Below, one piece after another: positions 1 through 8,217 of a DNA stretch of 52,033 nucleotides. The notes beneath the pieces were generated by a model that saw only the letters and a program-made list of their open reading frames with translations, had not been told where the DNA came from and made no database searches. How positions within the stretch are numbered: the first letter of the stretch is position 1; every line of letters begins with the position of its first letter. The translations under genes and the position numbers were made by a program. Source of the DNA: Desulfuromonadales bacterium (GTDB taxonomy: Bacteria > Desulfobacterota > Desulfuromonadia > Desulfuromonadales > Syntrophotaleaceae); NCBI GenBank assembly GCA_030613545.1, contig JAUWLU010000001.1, forward strand, positions 1-52,033, read 5' to 3'.

Positions 1-145
1 CAGTTTCCATATGGGAAACGAGCGATTTTTCGCAAGGTCAAGGAAATCAAACGGTTGCGCGGAGGCGTAGCTGTCTACGCCACACAAGCAATCGTGCAGA
101 TTGACGCCGAGATTGCGGAAAAGGGCCGTTTCCGGATGGAAACTA
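1..145. mobile_element. MITE/REPIN-like fold-back element (~145 bp; left end at window edge)
   Basis: Imperfect terminal inverted repeats AGTTTCCATATGGGAAACG (2-20) and CGTTTCCGGATGGAAACTA (127-145); central hairpin GGCGTAG-ctgt-CTACGCC; no credible ORF. Confidence 0.65.
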
Positions 146-355
146 TTTAAGTTCACCGGCAGCTTGCCGGGCCATCAGCTGATCGAGAGGCAGACCACCG
201 ACACCGATATTTTCCCGCGGCGTCTCGTCGATAAAGACCACGAACTTGGCCGCCGGAATGCCGGTGGCTTCGGCGGCCGCGGCGGTGAGGCGGGCGATGA
301 GCTGTTCCTTGACTTCCTTCCCTTGAGGGGAGATGGCGAGGGTGATGACCGGCAT
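143..355 (-). CDS. 4-oxalocrotonate tautomerase family protein
   Basis: 70 aa starting MPVITL (catalytic Pro1 after Met removal), ENIGVGG motif, AGGAGG RBS. Confidence 0.9.
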   Translation of the reverse strand: MPVITLAISPQGKEVKEQLIARLTAAAAEATGIPAAKFVVFIDETPRENIGVGGLPLDQLMARQAAGELK

Positions 356-392
356 GGCGATCCTCCTTTGGCAATGATTTGAATTGTGAATA

Positions 393-1364
393 TCAGCGCC
401 GCTCGGCCAGCAGCACGGCCCGCAGCGGCGCCGGATGACCTTCGACGGTTTTGCGCGGATCGCTTGAATCGAGAAAGTCGGCCAGCGACTCGCTCTTGAT
501 CCACTCGGTTTGACGCTGCTCCTCGGAGCTGGTCCAGGTCCGGTCGATGCAGCGGATGTTGTCGAAGCCGGCCCGCTCCAGCCAGCCCTGCAGGCAGGCG
601 ACGGTGGGCAGAAAAAACACGTTGTGCATCTTGGCGTAGCGCTTGGGCGGGCAGAAGGCCCATTCGCCTTCGCCTTCGACGATCAGGGTTTCCAGCACCA
701 GTTCGCCGCCCCGGCGCAGCAGCCCGGCGAGCTGCTTGAGGGCATCGATGGGCGCCCGCTGATGGGCCCGCACCCCCATGTGAAAGACGCTGTCGAAACA
801 GCCGGCCATGGCCGGCAGCTCTTCGAGCTTGAGGGGCCAGCAGTGCACGCAAGACTCGCCGATCAGGCGCTGCAACAGCAGATACTGGCAGTAGAAGGGA
901 GCGTAGGGTTCCAGGCCGAGAGCCAGGCGCGGCCGGCTGGCGGCCATGCGCAGCAGATAGTAGCCGCAGCTGCTGCCGACGTCGAGAATGCGCCGTCCGG
1001 CGAGGGGGGCGATCTGCTCTTTTATCCGGTTCCACTTCAGGTCCGAGCGCCATTCGCTGTCGACCTCAATGCCGAAGATGCTGAAGGGCCCCTTGCGCCA
1101 GTGGCGAAATTCCATGAGGATCTCACGCAGCTCTGCCCGCTGGGCAGCATCGAGATCCGCCTGGTGGCCGATGCGGATGGTCTCGGCGGCCAGGTCGATT
1201 GCGACGCCAGGGATCTGCGGCAACCGCTCGAGCAGCGGCAGCAGCCGTCGAGCATTGCCGTCGACCTCGCTGATGAAGCGCTCCTTTTCCGCCAGCAGCG
1301 CCTCCAGCTCCTGCCGCCAAGGCTTCCAGCCGAGCTCATCGAACTCCTGTAGCAGCCCCTTCAT
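393..1364 (-). CDS. cmoB: tRNA 5-carboxymethoxyuridine(34) synthase CmoB
   Basis: WRKGPF, DSEWRSDLKW, LDVG and RYAKMHNVFFLP motifs; ATG overlaps the cmoA TGA (TGATG). Confidence 0.92.
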   Translation of the reverse strand: MKGLLQEFDELGWKPWRQELEALLAEKERFISEVDGNARRLLPLLERLPQIPGVAIDLAAETIRIGHQADLDAAQRAELREILMEFRHWRKGPFSIFGIEVDSEWRSDLKWNRIKEQIAPLAGRRILDVGSSCGYYLLRMAASRPRLALGLEPYAPFYCQYLLLQRLIGESCVHCWPLKLEELPAMAGCFDSVFHMGVRAHQRAPIDALKQLAGLLRRGGELVLETLIVEGEGEWAFCPPKRYAKMHNVFFLPTVACLQGWLERAGFDNIRCIDRTWTSSEEQRQTEWIKSESLADFLDSSDPRKTVEGHPAPLRAVLLAERR

Positions 1365-2095
1365 CAGGCGACCTCCTTGCAGGCCAGAAAGGCTGCGAAG
1401 TTGAACCATTTGAACCACAGGTCGAGTTGGCGAAAACCGGCCTGGCGCAGGCGCTGCTCATGGGTCTCGATGGTCTCCGGAATGAGCACGTCTTCCAGGG
1501 CCTCGCGCTTCTGGCTGATCTCCAGCTCGGAATAGCCCCGCTCCCGCTTGAAGCGGTAGTAGAAATCCTGCTGCAGAGCGTCGAGGGCCGGATCGGGATG
1601 CACCACCTTTTCCGTCAACAGCAGCACGCCGCCGGGACGCAGTGCCCGGTAGATCCGATCGATCAGCGCCTCGCGCTCGCCCAGGGGCAAAAACTGCAGG
1701 GTCAGGGTGATCACCACCACCGAGGCATCCTTCAGCTGCTGGTCACAGATGTCGCCACAAATCAGCTCGATGGAGCCCTTGCGCGGCAGCCCGGTCAGGC
1801 GTTGATCATAGATGTCGAGCATCGACCGAGAACTGTCCACCGCCACCATGCGGAATTCACGGTCGGCCATTTCCTCGCACAGCTGTACGCCGAAATTGCC
1901 GTTGGAACAGCCGAGATCATAGATGCAGCTGCCGGGGCGGTAAAAGTGACCCGTCAACTGGGCCAGGCGGCCGATCAGCTCCCGGTAGCCGGGTACCGAG
2001 CGGGTGATCATATCGTCAAACACCGCGGCTACCCGCTCGTTGAATTCGAAAGGGGCCGGTCCCCGTGAGCCAGCATAGATGTCATCTTTGGCCAT
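1364..2095 (-). CDS. cmoA: carboxy-S-adenosyl-L-methionine synthase CmoA
   Basis: FEFNERVAAVFDDMITRSVPGY, YDLGCSNG, TLQF, GYSELEISQKREALE. Confidence 0.95.
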   Translation of the reverse strand: MAKDDIYAGSRGPAPFEFNERVAAVFDDMITRSVPGYRELIGRLAQLTGHFYRPGSCIYDLGCSNGNFGVQLCEEMADREFRMVAVDSSRSMLDIYDQRLTGLPRKGSIELICGDICDQQLKDASVVVITLTLQFLPLGEREALIDRIYRALRPGGVLLLTEKVVHPDPALDALQQDFYYRFKRERGYSELEISQKREALEDVLIPETIETHEQRLRQAGFRQLDLWFKWFNFAAFLACKEVA

Positions 2096-2277
2096 GCTTC
2101 GCGCCTCGCTGTAGATGAACGCCCGGCCTGCGGCCGAACAGGAGCCGATTATAGCAGAAGTCGCCGCCAACAGCAGTGCTTTTGCCATGAAAACCCTTTA
2201 TCATTTCCTACGCTGTGATAAAATCGTAGGGTATCGAATCTGTCACTCCGATCAATCAAACACCCAAGGAGACCATC

Positions 2278-2748
2278 ATGAAACGATCTGTCTTGTTGAT
2301 TCTGTTGAGCGCCCTGCTGACGCTGCTGCTGGCCGGTCCGGTGCTGGCCCGCGGCGGCGGCAACGGCGGCGGTCAGGGATGGGATAATCCCAACAGCAAC
2401 CGCCAATCGGCCGAAGACACCACCCGCGGCCTGGAGCGAGCCGCCGAACGGCGCTCCGAGCAGGCTGCCGAGCACGCCCAGAGCGACAAAGACCGAGACC
2501 GAGACCGAGACCGAGACCGGGACCGGGACCGCGAGCATATGAAAAACCGCGATCACGAAGGGCGCATGGCCGACGATCAGGGCAAGGCAAAGATGAAGGA
2601 CAAGAGCAAACAAAAAGGGGAGAAAACCGCCAAAGAGAAGGAAATGAAGGACAAGGGCGACAAGGAGATGAAAAAGCAGGGCGATGATCTGGAAAAAAAG
2701 ACTAAAAAGAAAAAACGCTGGTACTGGCCCTTTGGCGATGACGAATAG
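2278..2748 (+). CDS. secreted, highly charged low-complexity protein with (DR)7 repeat
   Basis: AAGGAG RBS, Sec-type signal peptide (..PVLA/RGG), K/D/E-rich body, downstream terminator. Confidence 0.8.
   Translation: MKRSVLLILLSALLTLLLAGPVLARGGGNGGGQGWDNPNSNRQSAEDTTRGLERAAERRSEQAAEHAQSDKDRDRDRDRDRDRDREHMKNRDHEGRMADDQGKAKMKDKSKQKGEKTAKEKEMKDKGDKEMKKQGDDLEKKTKKKKRWYWPFGDDE
2491..2532 (+). repeat. hexanucleotide tandem repeat (GACCGN)7 encoding DRDRDR
   Basis: GACCGA x4, GACCGG x2, GACCGC x1. Confidence 0.95.
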
Positions 2749-2773
2749 AGCAGATATCACAAATAAATTTTGC

Positions 2774-2805
2774 AAAAAGGAGTGCCAATTGGCGCTCCTT
2801 TTTTT
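2774..2805 (+). terminator. intrinsic terminator, probably bidirectional
   Basis: AAAAAGGAGTGCC-aatt-GGCGCTCCTTTTTTT. Confidence 0.85.
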
Positions 2806-2867
2806 ACGGGGGAAACTCCAAAGTTTTCATCAACAACCAAGGTAGCTAAGAAGAAAACTATTAAAAG

Positions 2868-3351
2868 CGCCGGTCCCGCGGCCGGCAGCCGGGATACTTT
2901 CTTTGCTAGTCCAAAGAAAGTATCCAAAGAAAAGACGGATTGGCTGTCGCCGAGACTTCTGTCGCGAGAACTAGTGAATCAATGTTTCCGCGTTGCGTAA
3001 TTGGAGTGAACCGCTTCGTTGTTGGCTCCCCTGTCATTGAGACGGCTTGCAGGCAGGGGACGGCAGAGGGTAGCGCAGCGACGTTGCAGTTGCGTTATGG
3101 GTTTTAAACCCTACAGCACCTTCGATCTCCCTTGCGCAAGAGAAGTGGGCCGATAGCTTTAGCAACCATCTGTCGGAAGAGGGGGAGCCCCGAAGACATC
3201 GCCGCCGATGCGGAACGCTGCAACAGTCGTTGCTTCCGCTGCCCTGACGGTCAATGCCCCACGCAGTGGCAGCCATTTTTTGCCTACTTTTTGTTGGCTT
3301 GGACAAAAAGTAGGGCGTCCGGCGGGACGCGACCCGCCGGCCTTGCTTTTT
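2868..3351 (-). repeat. ~480-bp dispersed non-coding element, copy A
   Basis: Reverse complement is colinear with 27657-28146; shares blocks such as GGGTTTAAAACC..AACGCAACTGCAAC, CCTGCCTGCAAGCCG..CAATGACAG and CTCGCGACAGAAGTC. Confidence 0.9.
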
Positions 3352-3395
3352 CAGAAGGAATATATCGCCTGCGACTCTCCGTCCCACAGACAATT

Positions 3396-4823
3396 TTACA
3401 GATAGGGCGAGAAGAGCTTGGCGAAACTGTCCCGCAGACGACCGGCCAGCGGCAGGCTGGCGATTTCTTCCAGGGTCACCTGCTGGACGGTGCGACAGAC
3501 CGTATCGACATGTTCGGTCAGGGCAGCAACCAGCGCGGTATCGAAAATCTCCAGGTTGAACTCAAAATTAAGCCGCAGGCTGCGAGGATCGAGATTGGCC
3601 GAGCCGACCAGGGCGTACTGGTCGTCGACCAGCAACAGCTTGCTGTGCACGAAGGGGGGCCGCTGATAGTAAATGCGACAGCCGTGCTCCAGCAATTCGC
3701 TGAAATAGGCCCGCGAGGCCCAGGCCACACAGGACAGGTTATTTTTGGCCGGCAGCACGATATCCACCTCGACGCCGCGCAGGGCTGCGGCATTGAGGGC
3801 GGCGAGCAGGGTGCGATCGGGGATGAAATAGGGAGTCATGATGCGCAACCGGCGACGGGCGCAGCCGATGGCACCGAGAATGATCCAGCGCAGCTTTTCA
3901 AAATCCTCGTTGGGTCCGGCGCTGATCCCGCGACAGAAGGCCGTGCCGCAGGGCAGCGGCGGTGGATAGCTGATTGGCGGCGGAATATCGCCGGTTGCAA
4001 AATGCCAGTCTTCCATGAAGGCTTCCAGCATCTGCCCCACCACCGGACCTTCGATGCCGAAGTGCACGTCTATAGCCTGGCAGCGGCTCGAAGTGGCGGC
4101 CAGATGGCGATCGCTGATATTCATGCCGCCAGTGAATCCGCGCCAGTTATCGATGATCAGCAGTTTGCGGTGATTGCGCAGGTTGAAATGCAAGCCGCGA
4201 CCGGACAGGGATGGGGGCAGAAAGCGGCCGACAGCCACGGCGCTGCCCTTGAACAGACGACGAGCCACCGGGAAGGAGTAGCGCTCGCCAAGGCCGTCCA
4301 CCAAAACTCGGACATCGAGGCCCCGATCCGCCGCCTGTTTGAGAGCTTCGACGAAAGCCTGCCCGGTGCCGTCGGCATCAAAGATATAGCTGGCCAGATA
4401 GACCGATTCGCGGGCACCGGCGATGGCCTTGAGCATGGCGGGAAACGCCTGCTCACCGTTGTGCAGGGCCACCACCCGGTTGCCGGGCAGCAGAGGCCGA
4501 CGGGTTACCGCATCGGCCAGCGACACCAGAGCAGCATAACCTTCTTCGATGAAGGCGATCGACTGGCCCTGGCGCAAGGACCAGGAACAGAAGCTGGCCT
4601 CAGCGGCCCCGTTGCAGGGCAGCTTCGCCTGCCAGTCACGAGCCCGGGTGCGAATGCGGTTGATGCCCAGCAACCAGTAGCCGAGAGGGCCGAAACCGGG
4701 CAGGATACAACAGACCACCACCCAGCCGAAGGCCGCACGGGGATCCCGCTTGTGCAGCAGCACATGACCAGCAGCCAGCAGAGAGAGTGCCGCCAGGGCG
4801 GCGAGGAGCAGTGCTTCCAGCAA
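3396..4823 (-). CDS. cls: cardiolipin synthase (PLD family)
   Basis: Two HKD motifs (RNHRKLLIID, HSKLLLVD), N-terminal TM helices; TTG start after GGAGG. Confidence 0.92.
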   Translation of the reverse strand: MLEALLLAALAALSLLAAGHVLLHKRDPRAAFGWVVVCCILPGFGPLGYWLLGINRIRTRARDWQAKLPCNGAAEASFCSWSLRQGQSIAFIEEGYAALVSLADAVTRRPLLPGNRVVALHNGEQAFPAMLKAIAGARESVYLASYIFDADGTGQAFVEALKQAADRGLDVRVLVDGLGERYSFPVARRLFKGSAVAVGRFLPPSLSGRGLHFNLRNHRKLLIIDNWRGFTGGMNISDRHLAATSSRCQAIDVHFGIEGPVVGQMLEAFMEDWHFATGDIPPPISYPPPLPCGTAFCRGISAGPNEDFEKLRWIILGAIGCARRRLRIMTPYFIPDRTLLAALNAAALRGVEVDIVLPAKNNLSCVAWASRAYFSELLEHGCRIYYQRPPFVHSKLLLVDDQYALVGSANLDPRSLRLNFEFNLEIFDTALVAALTEHVDTVCRTVQQVTLEEIASLPLAGRLRDSFAKLFSPYL

Positions 4824-4873
4824 CGGACCTCCTCACAAGGGTGGAGCCGTGACGAACTACGGACGGAGAAAGT

Positions 4874-5206
4874 TCAGCGGCGCAGGTTGGTGGCACAACG
4901 GGGACAGGTAAGCATACTGGTGGAAGGGACCTTGTGACCGCAGGTCGGACAGTTGAACCAGTAGCGGCAGAATTTGCACTGCTGTTCGGAAAGGCCCTGC
5001 TTTTTCTTGCACTTGGGGCACTGGCGGTACATTTTGCGGGTTTCAATATAGTCGGCGAACAGCAGACCGCAGCTCGGGCAGGCCTCGGCATCGCGCTGGC
5101 GAATCTGCGCCCCACAATTAGGCAGCGGGCAGACGAAGACTGTCTTGCAGGCACTACACCAGTATTTACCTTTTTTTTCTTCTTTGCAGACGGGGCATCT
5201 ATCCAT
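4874..5206 (-). CDS. multi zinc-ribbon protein (8 Cys pairs)
   Basis: 110 aa with CPVC, CSAC, CPLPNC, CPSC, CPKC, CKFC, CPTC, CPRC. Confidence 0.8.
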   Translation of the reverse strand: MDRCPVCKEEKKGKYWCSACKTVFVCPLPNCGAQIRQRDAEACPSCGLLFADYIETRKMYRQCPKCKKKQGLSEQQCKFCRYWFNCPTCGHKVPSTSMLTCPRCATNLRR

Positions 5207-5243
5207 AGTTCGACTCTATCTCTTCGACAACCACAACAAGTCA

Positions 5244-5281
5244 CCGGTCGGCTTCAGCCTTGCGGGGCTGAAGCCGACCGG
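5244..5281. terminator. 16-bp stem hairpin (REP-like / mRNA stabiliser or terminator) after rubrerythrin
   Basis: CCGGTCGGCTTCAGCC-ttgcgg-GGCTGAAGCCGACCGG. Confidence 0.6.
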
Positions 5282-5292
5282 CAGTAAAAAAA

Positions 5293-5802
5293 TCAGATGA
5301 TCTTCTTGAACATCTTCGGGCCGGCTTTGCACACCGTACAGGGTGCCTGCGGTTCGGTCTCAAGGGTGTTGCCGCAGATCAGGCAGACGTAGTAGTCGAC
5401 CGGCTGGCTGCTGTCGAGGTTGTCCACCATCTTCTGGTAGAGGTTGGCATGAACCTCCTCGACCTCGTTGGCATAGCGAAAGCTGCGCTCGGCCGCGGCA
5501 AAGCCGGCGGCGGCAGCCGCTTTGATCATCGGCGGATACATTTCCTTGAACTCATGGGTCTCGCCGCCGACCGCCTCCTTAAGATTGTCGAGGGTCTTAC
5601 CGATGCCACCAAGGGCACGCAGATGAGCATGAGCATGCACCGTTTCCGCCTCAGCGGCAGCCCGAAACAGCTTGGCCGCCTGAGGATAACCCTCTTTGTC
5701 AGCCTCCTCGGCAAAGGCCAGATATTTACGATTGGCCTGGGATTCACCGGCAAAAGCGTCTTGCAGATCCTTTTCGGTTTGACTGTTGGTCAAATCGGCC
5801 AT
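5293..5802 (-). CDS. rbr: rubrerythrin
   Basis: AFAGESQANRKY, EAETVHA, EEVH diiron ligands; C-terminal CxxC..CxxC rubredoxin-like domain. Confidence 0.93.
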   Translation of the reverse strand: MADLTNSQTEKDLQDAFAGESQANRKYLAFAEEADKEGYPQAAKLFRAAAEAETVHAHAHLRALGGIGKTLDNLKEAVGGETHEFKEMYPPMIKAAAAAGFAAAERSFRYANEVEEVHANLYQKMVDNLDSSQPVDYYVCLICGNTLETEPQAPCTVCKAGPKMFKKII

Positions 5803-5860
5803 GCACACCACCCCCCTATTCTGCAATGAATTTGACTAGTTAGAGAAACTGTCAGTTTTC

Positions 5861-5888
5861 ATTTTATCCATTCTGGCACCAATGTCAA
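5861..5888 (-). promoter_or_regulatory. sigma70-like promoter of rubrerythrin
   Basis: TTGACA-16-TAAAAT on the minus strand. Confidence 0.7.
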
Positions 5889-5913
5889 CCGGCGGATTAA
5901 AGGCCGGCATCGA

Positions 5914-6570
5914 TCAATGATCCTGACAGGCTTTCTCGACACTGTCGGTCTTGCCGATCAATACCAGCAGATCGCTATCCTTGATCACATGACTTGGCGA
6001 CGGCAGGGTACTGAACTCGCTGGTCAACACATCCTTGATGCCGATCACCGTGACGCCGAACTTGCGGCGCAGGTCGAGGTCGATGAGGCTCTTGCCGATA
6101 AAGTGGGCCGGCGGCGCCACCTCGGTAATGGAATAGTCTTCCGCAATCGGAATGAACTCGAGAATATTGGGACTCGACAGGCCGTGAGCGATCTTGATGG
6201 CCGTGTCCTTCTCGGGAAAGATGATGTCGGTGGCGCCGACCTTCTCCAGAATGCGGCCGTGATCCTCGTCCACCGCTTTGACCAGAATGCGGCGCACATT
6301 CATCTCCTTGAGGTGCAGCACCACCAGGGTCGACAAATGAGAACGTTCGCCGGTGGAAATGATCACCCCATCCATCTCGCCGATCCCCTGGCTCTTGAGA
6401 AATTCTTTGCTGGTGGCATCGCCAATCACCGCGTAGGAGGCGTAATTCTTGATGCGCTGGACCTTGTCCCGACTCAGATCGACGGCGATGACCTCGTGAC
6501 CGTCCTCATACAGAGTTTTGGCCACATGAAAGCCGAAGTTTCCCAGGCCGACAACACAAAATCGTTTCAT
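5914..6570 (-). CDS. ktrA: TrkA/KtrA family K+ uptake RCK subunit
   Basis: VVGLGNFG nucleotide-binding motif, RCK_N plus RCK_C domains, 218 aa. Confidence 0.88.
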   Translation of the reverse strand: MKRFCVVGLGNFGFHVAKTLYEDGHEVIAVDLSRDKVQRIKNYASYAVIGDATSKEFLKSQGIGEMDGVIISTGERSHLSTLVVLHLKEMNVRRILVKAVDEDHGRILEKVGATDIIFPEKDTAIKIAHGLSSPNILEFIPIAEDYSITEVAPPAHFIGKSLIDLDLRRKFGVTVIGIKDVLTSEFSTLPSPSHVIKDSDLLVLIGKTDSVEKACQDH

Positions 6571-6745
6571 AAGGATTTCTCCTGCGATAAGTAAGCGGAT
6601 CGGTCATTGCTTGAACCGATCACTAAAAAGCAGCCCTGCTGACGCCGCTGGCCACCATACAGTTAACGACCCAAATTCCCTGACTGCAGAGCGAAGTGTC
6701 GTTATTTCGCAAATCGTGGACCTGAATCCAAAGGCCCCATTCTCT

Positions 6746-8113
6746 TCAGCCGATCATGATGTTTTCTTCCGCATACTGCACGGCATCCTCGCGAGAGCGA
6801 TACAGCATGGCGAAGGCCACTGTCAACAGGCCGACCCGACCGACAAACATGAGCAGAATGATCAGCACCTTGCCAAGCGGCAGCAGTTTGGCGGTGGCCC
6901 CCAGGGATAGACCGACAGTGGCGAAGGCCGACACCGCCTCGAAGGTGTATTCGAGAAACACCCCGCGGCTGGCACTGGCCGACAGCCCGTGCAGTTGCAC
7001 CGCCAGCAGGGCGAAGACTGCCACGGCGAGAAACAGCAGCGCGGTCATCACCAGGGTCATGACCTTGGAGGCCGCCGCCTCCGGCAGGGTTCGGCGATTG
7101 ACATTGGTGTGGGGGTTACCTTTCAGGCGGCTGTACAGCACGATAACGAACAGGGCCAGGCTGGTGGTCTTGATGCCGCCGCCGCAGGAGCCGGGCGAAG
7201 CGCCGACAAACATCAGAAACATCATCAAAAACAGGGTCGGCACCTCAAGCAGATTGAGGTCCATGGTATTGAAGCCGGCGGTACGGGCGGTGACCGACTG
7301 GAACAGCGCGACCCACAGGCTTTCGCCAGTTCCCAAGCTGGCAAAGGAGGTCGGCCATTCGAGCAGGCCGACAAGGATCGCGCCGCCCACGATGAGGATG
7401 CCACTGGTCAGAAACACCAACCGCGAATGAAGGGACAGGCGCCGCCGGACTTTGCGCTGCCTGGCCAGATCGATGATCTCTTTCATGACCAGAAAACCGA
7501 GGCCACCGAGCACGATCAGGCCGATGATGGTCAGGTTGACCAGGGGGTTGTTGCGATAGGCCACCAAGCTGTCGGAGAAGAGCGAAAAGCCGGCATTGCA
7601 GAAGGCCGATACGGAATGGAACAGGGCATAATAGAGGCCCTTGGTCAGTCCCATCTCAGGGACAAAGGCAAAGGCCAACAGCACCGTGCCGGCCCCCTCG
7701 ATAAGCAGGGTCAGCAGAAACACGCCGCGGATCAGGTCGCGCATGGAGTCGACCGGGCTGTGCAGCAGGGTCTCCTGAATCAGCCAACGATCTCGAATGC
7801 CGACCCCCACGCCGAGATAGAAAAACAAGTAGACGGAGAAGGTGGTGATGCCCAGGCCGCCTATCTGAATCAGCAGCAGCACCACCAGTTGACCGAACAG
7901 GGTCAGCTTGGTAGCGGTATCGACCACCACCAGGCCGGTGACGCACTGGGCCGAGGTGGCGGTAAACAGAGCATCGAGAAACGACAGCGGCTCGCCGTGG
8001 GCGGAAATAGGCAAAGACAGCGCCAACGCTCCGAGTGCAATCGCCAGCCCGTAATAGAAGATCAGCGCTTGGCCCGGCGGTAGGCCTTTCATCCGCGTGG
8101 GGAGCTTGCTCAT
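6746..8113 (-). CDS. ktrB: TrkH/KtrB family K+ uptake membrane protein
   Basis: ATSAQCVTGL, SAFCNAGF, TARTAGF, SAFATVGLS pore-loop repeats; GGGIKTT. Confidence 0.9.
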   Translation of the reverse strand: MSKLPTRMKGLPPGQALIFYYGLAIALGALALSLPISAHGEPLSFLDALFTATSAQCVTGLVVVDTATKLTLFGQLVVLLLIQIGGLGITTFSVYLFFYLGVGVGIRDRWLIQETLLHSPVDSMRDLIRGVFLLTLLIEGAGTVLLAFAFVPEMGLTKGLYYALFHSVSAFCNAGFSLFSDSLVAYRNNPLVNLTIIGLIVLGGLGFLVMKEIIDLARQRKVRRRLSLHSRLVFLTSGILIVGGAILVGLLEWPTSFASLGTGESLWVALFQSVTARTAGFNTMDLNLLEVPTLFLMMFLMFVGASPGSCGGGIKTTSLALFVIVLYSRLKGNPHTNVNRRTLPEAAASKVMTLVMTALLFLAVAVFALLAVQLHGLSASASRGVFLEYTFEAVSAFATVGLSLGATAKLLPLGKVLIILLMFVGRVGLLTVAFAMLYRSREDAVQYAEENIMIG

Positions 8114-8217
8114 GAATAGATTCCCTTCGATCTGAGCCAAATGCTAGCGCCGGCGCACCGACAAAGCAAGGGTAAACTCTTGTCCTGCAACCGCCGGCAA
8201 CCGGCACTCAATCGCAT

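Noticed and set aside
3034-3393. ORFs inside the 480-bp repeats (3034-3393, 27746-27976, 27788-27994, 28316-28501) sharing EGAVGFKT.NATATSLR
   Set aside because: The similarity only reflects the DNA repeat; starts, stops and frames are not conserved between copies and there is no RBS.
6571-6745. c-di-AMP (ydaO) riboswitch between the ktrB- and ktrA-like genes
   Set aside because: Only a small GATCGGT/ACCGATC hairpin; the ydaO consensus elements are not seen on the coding strand.
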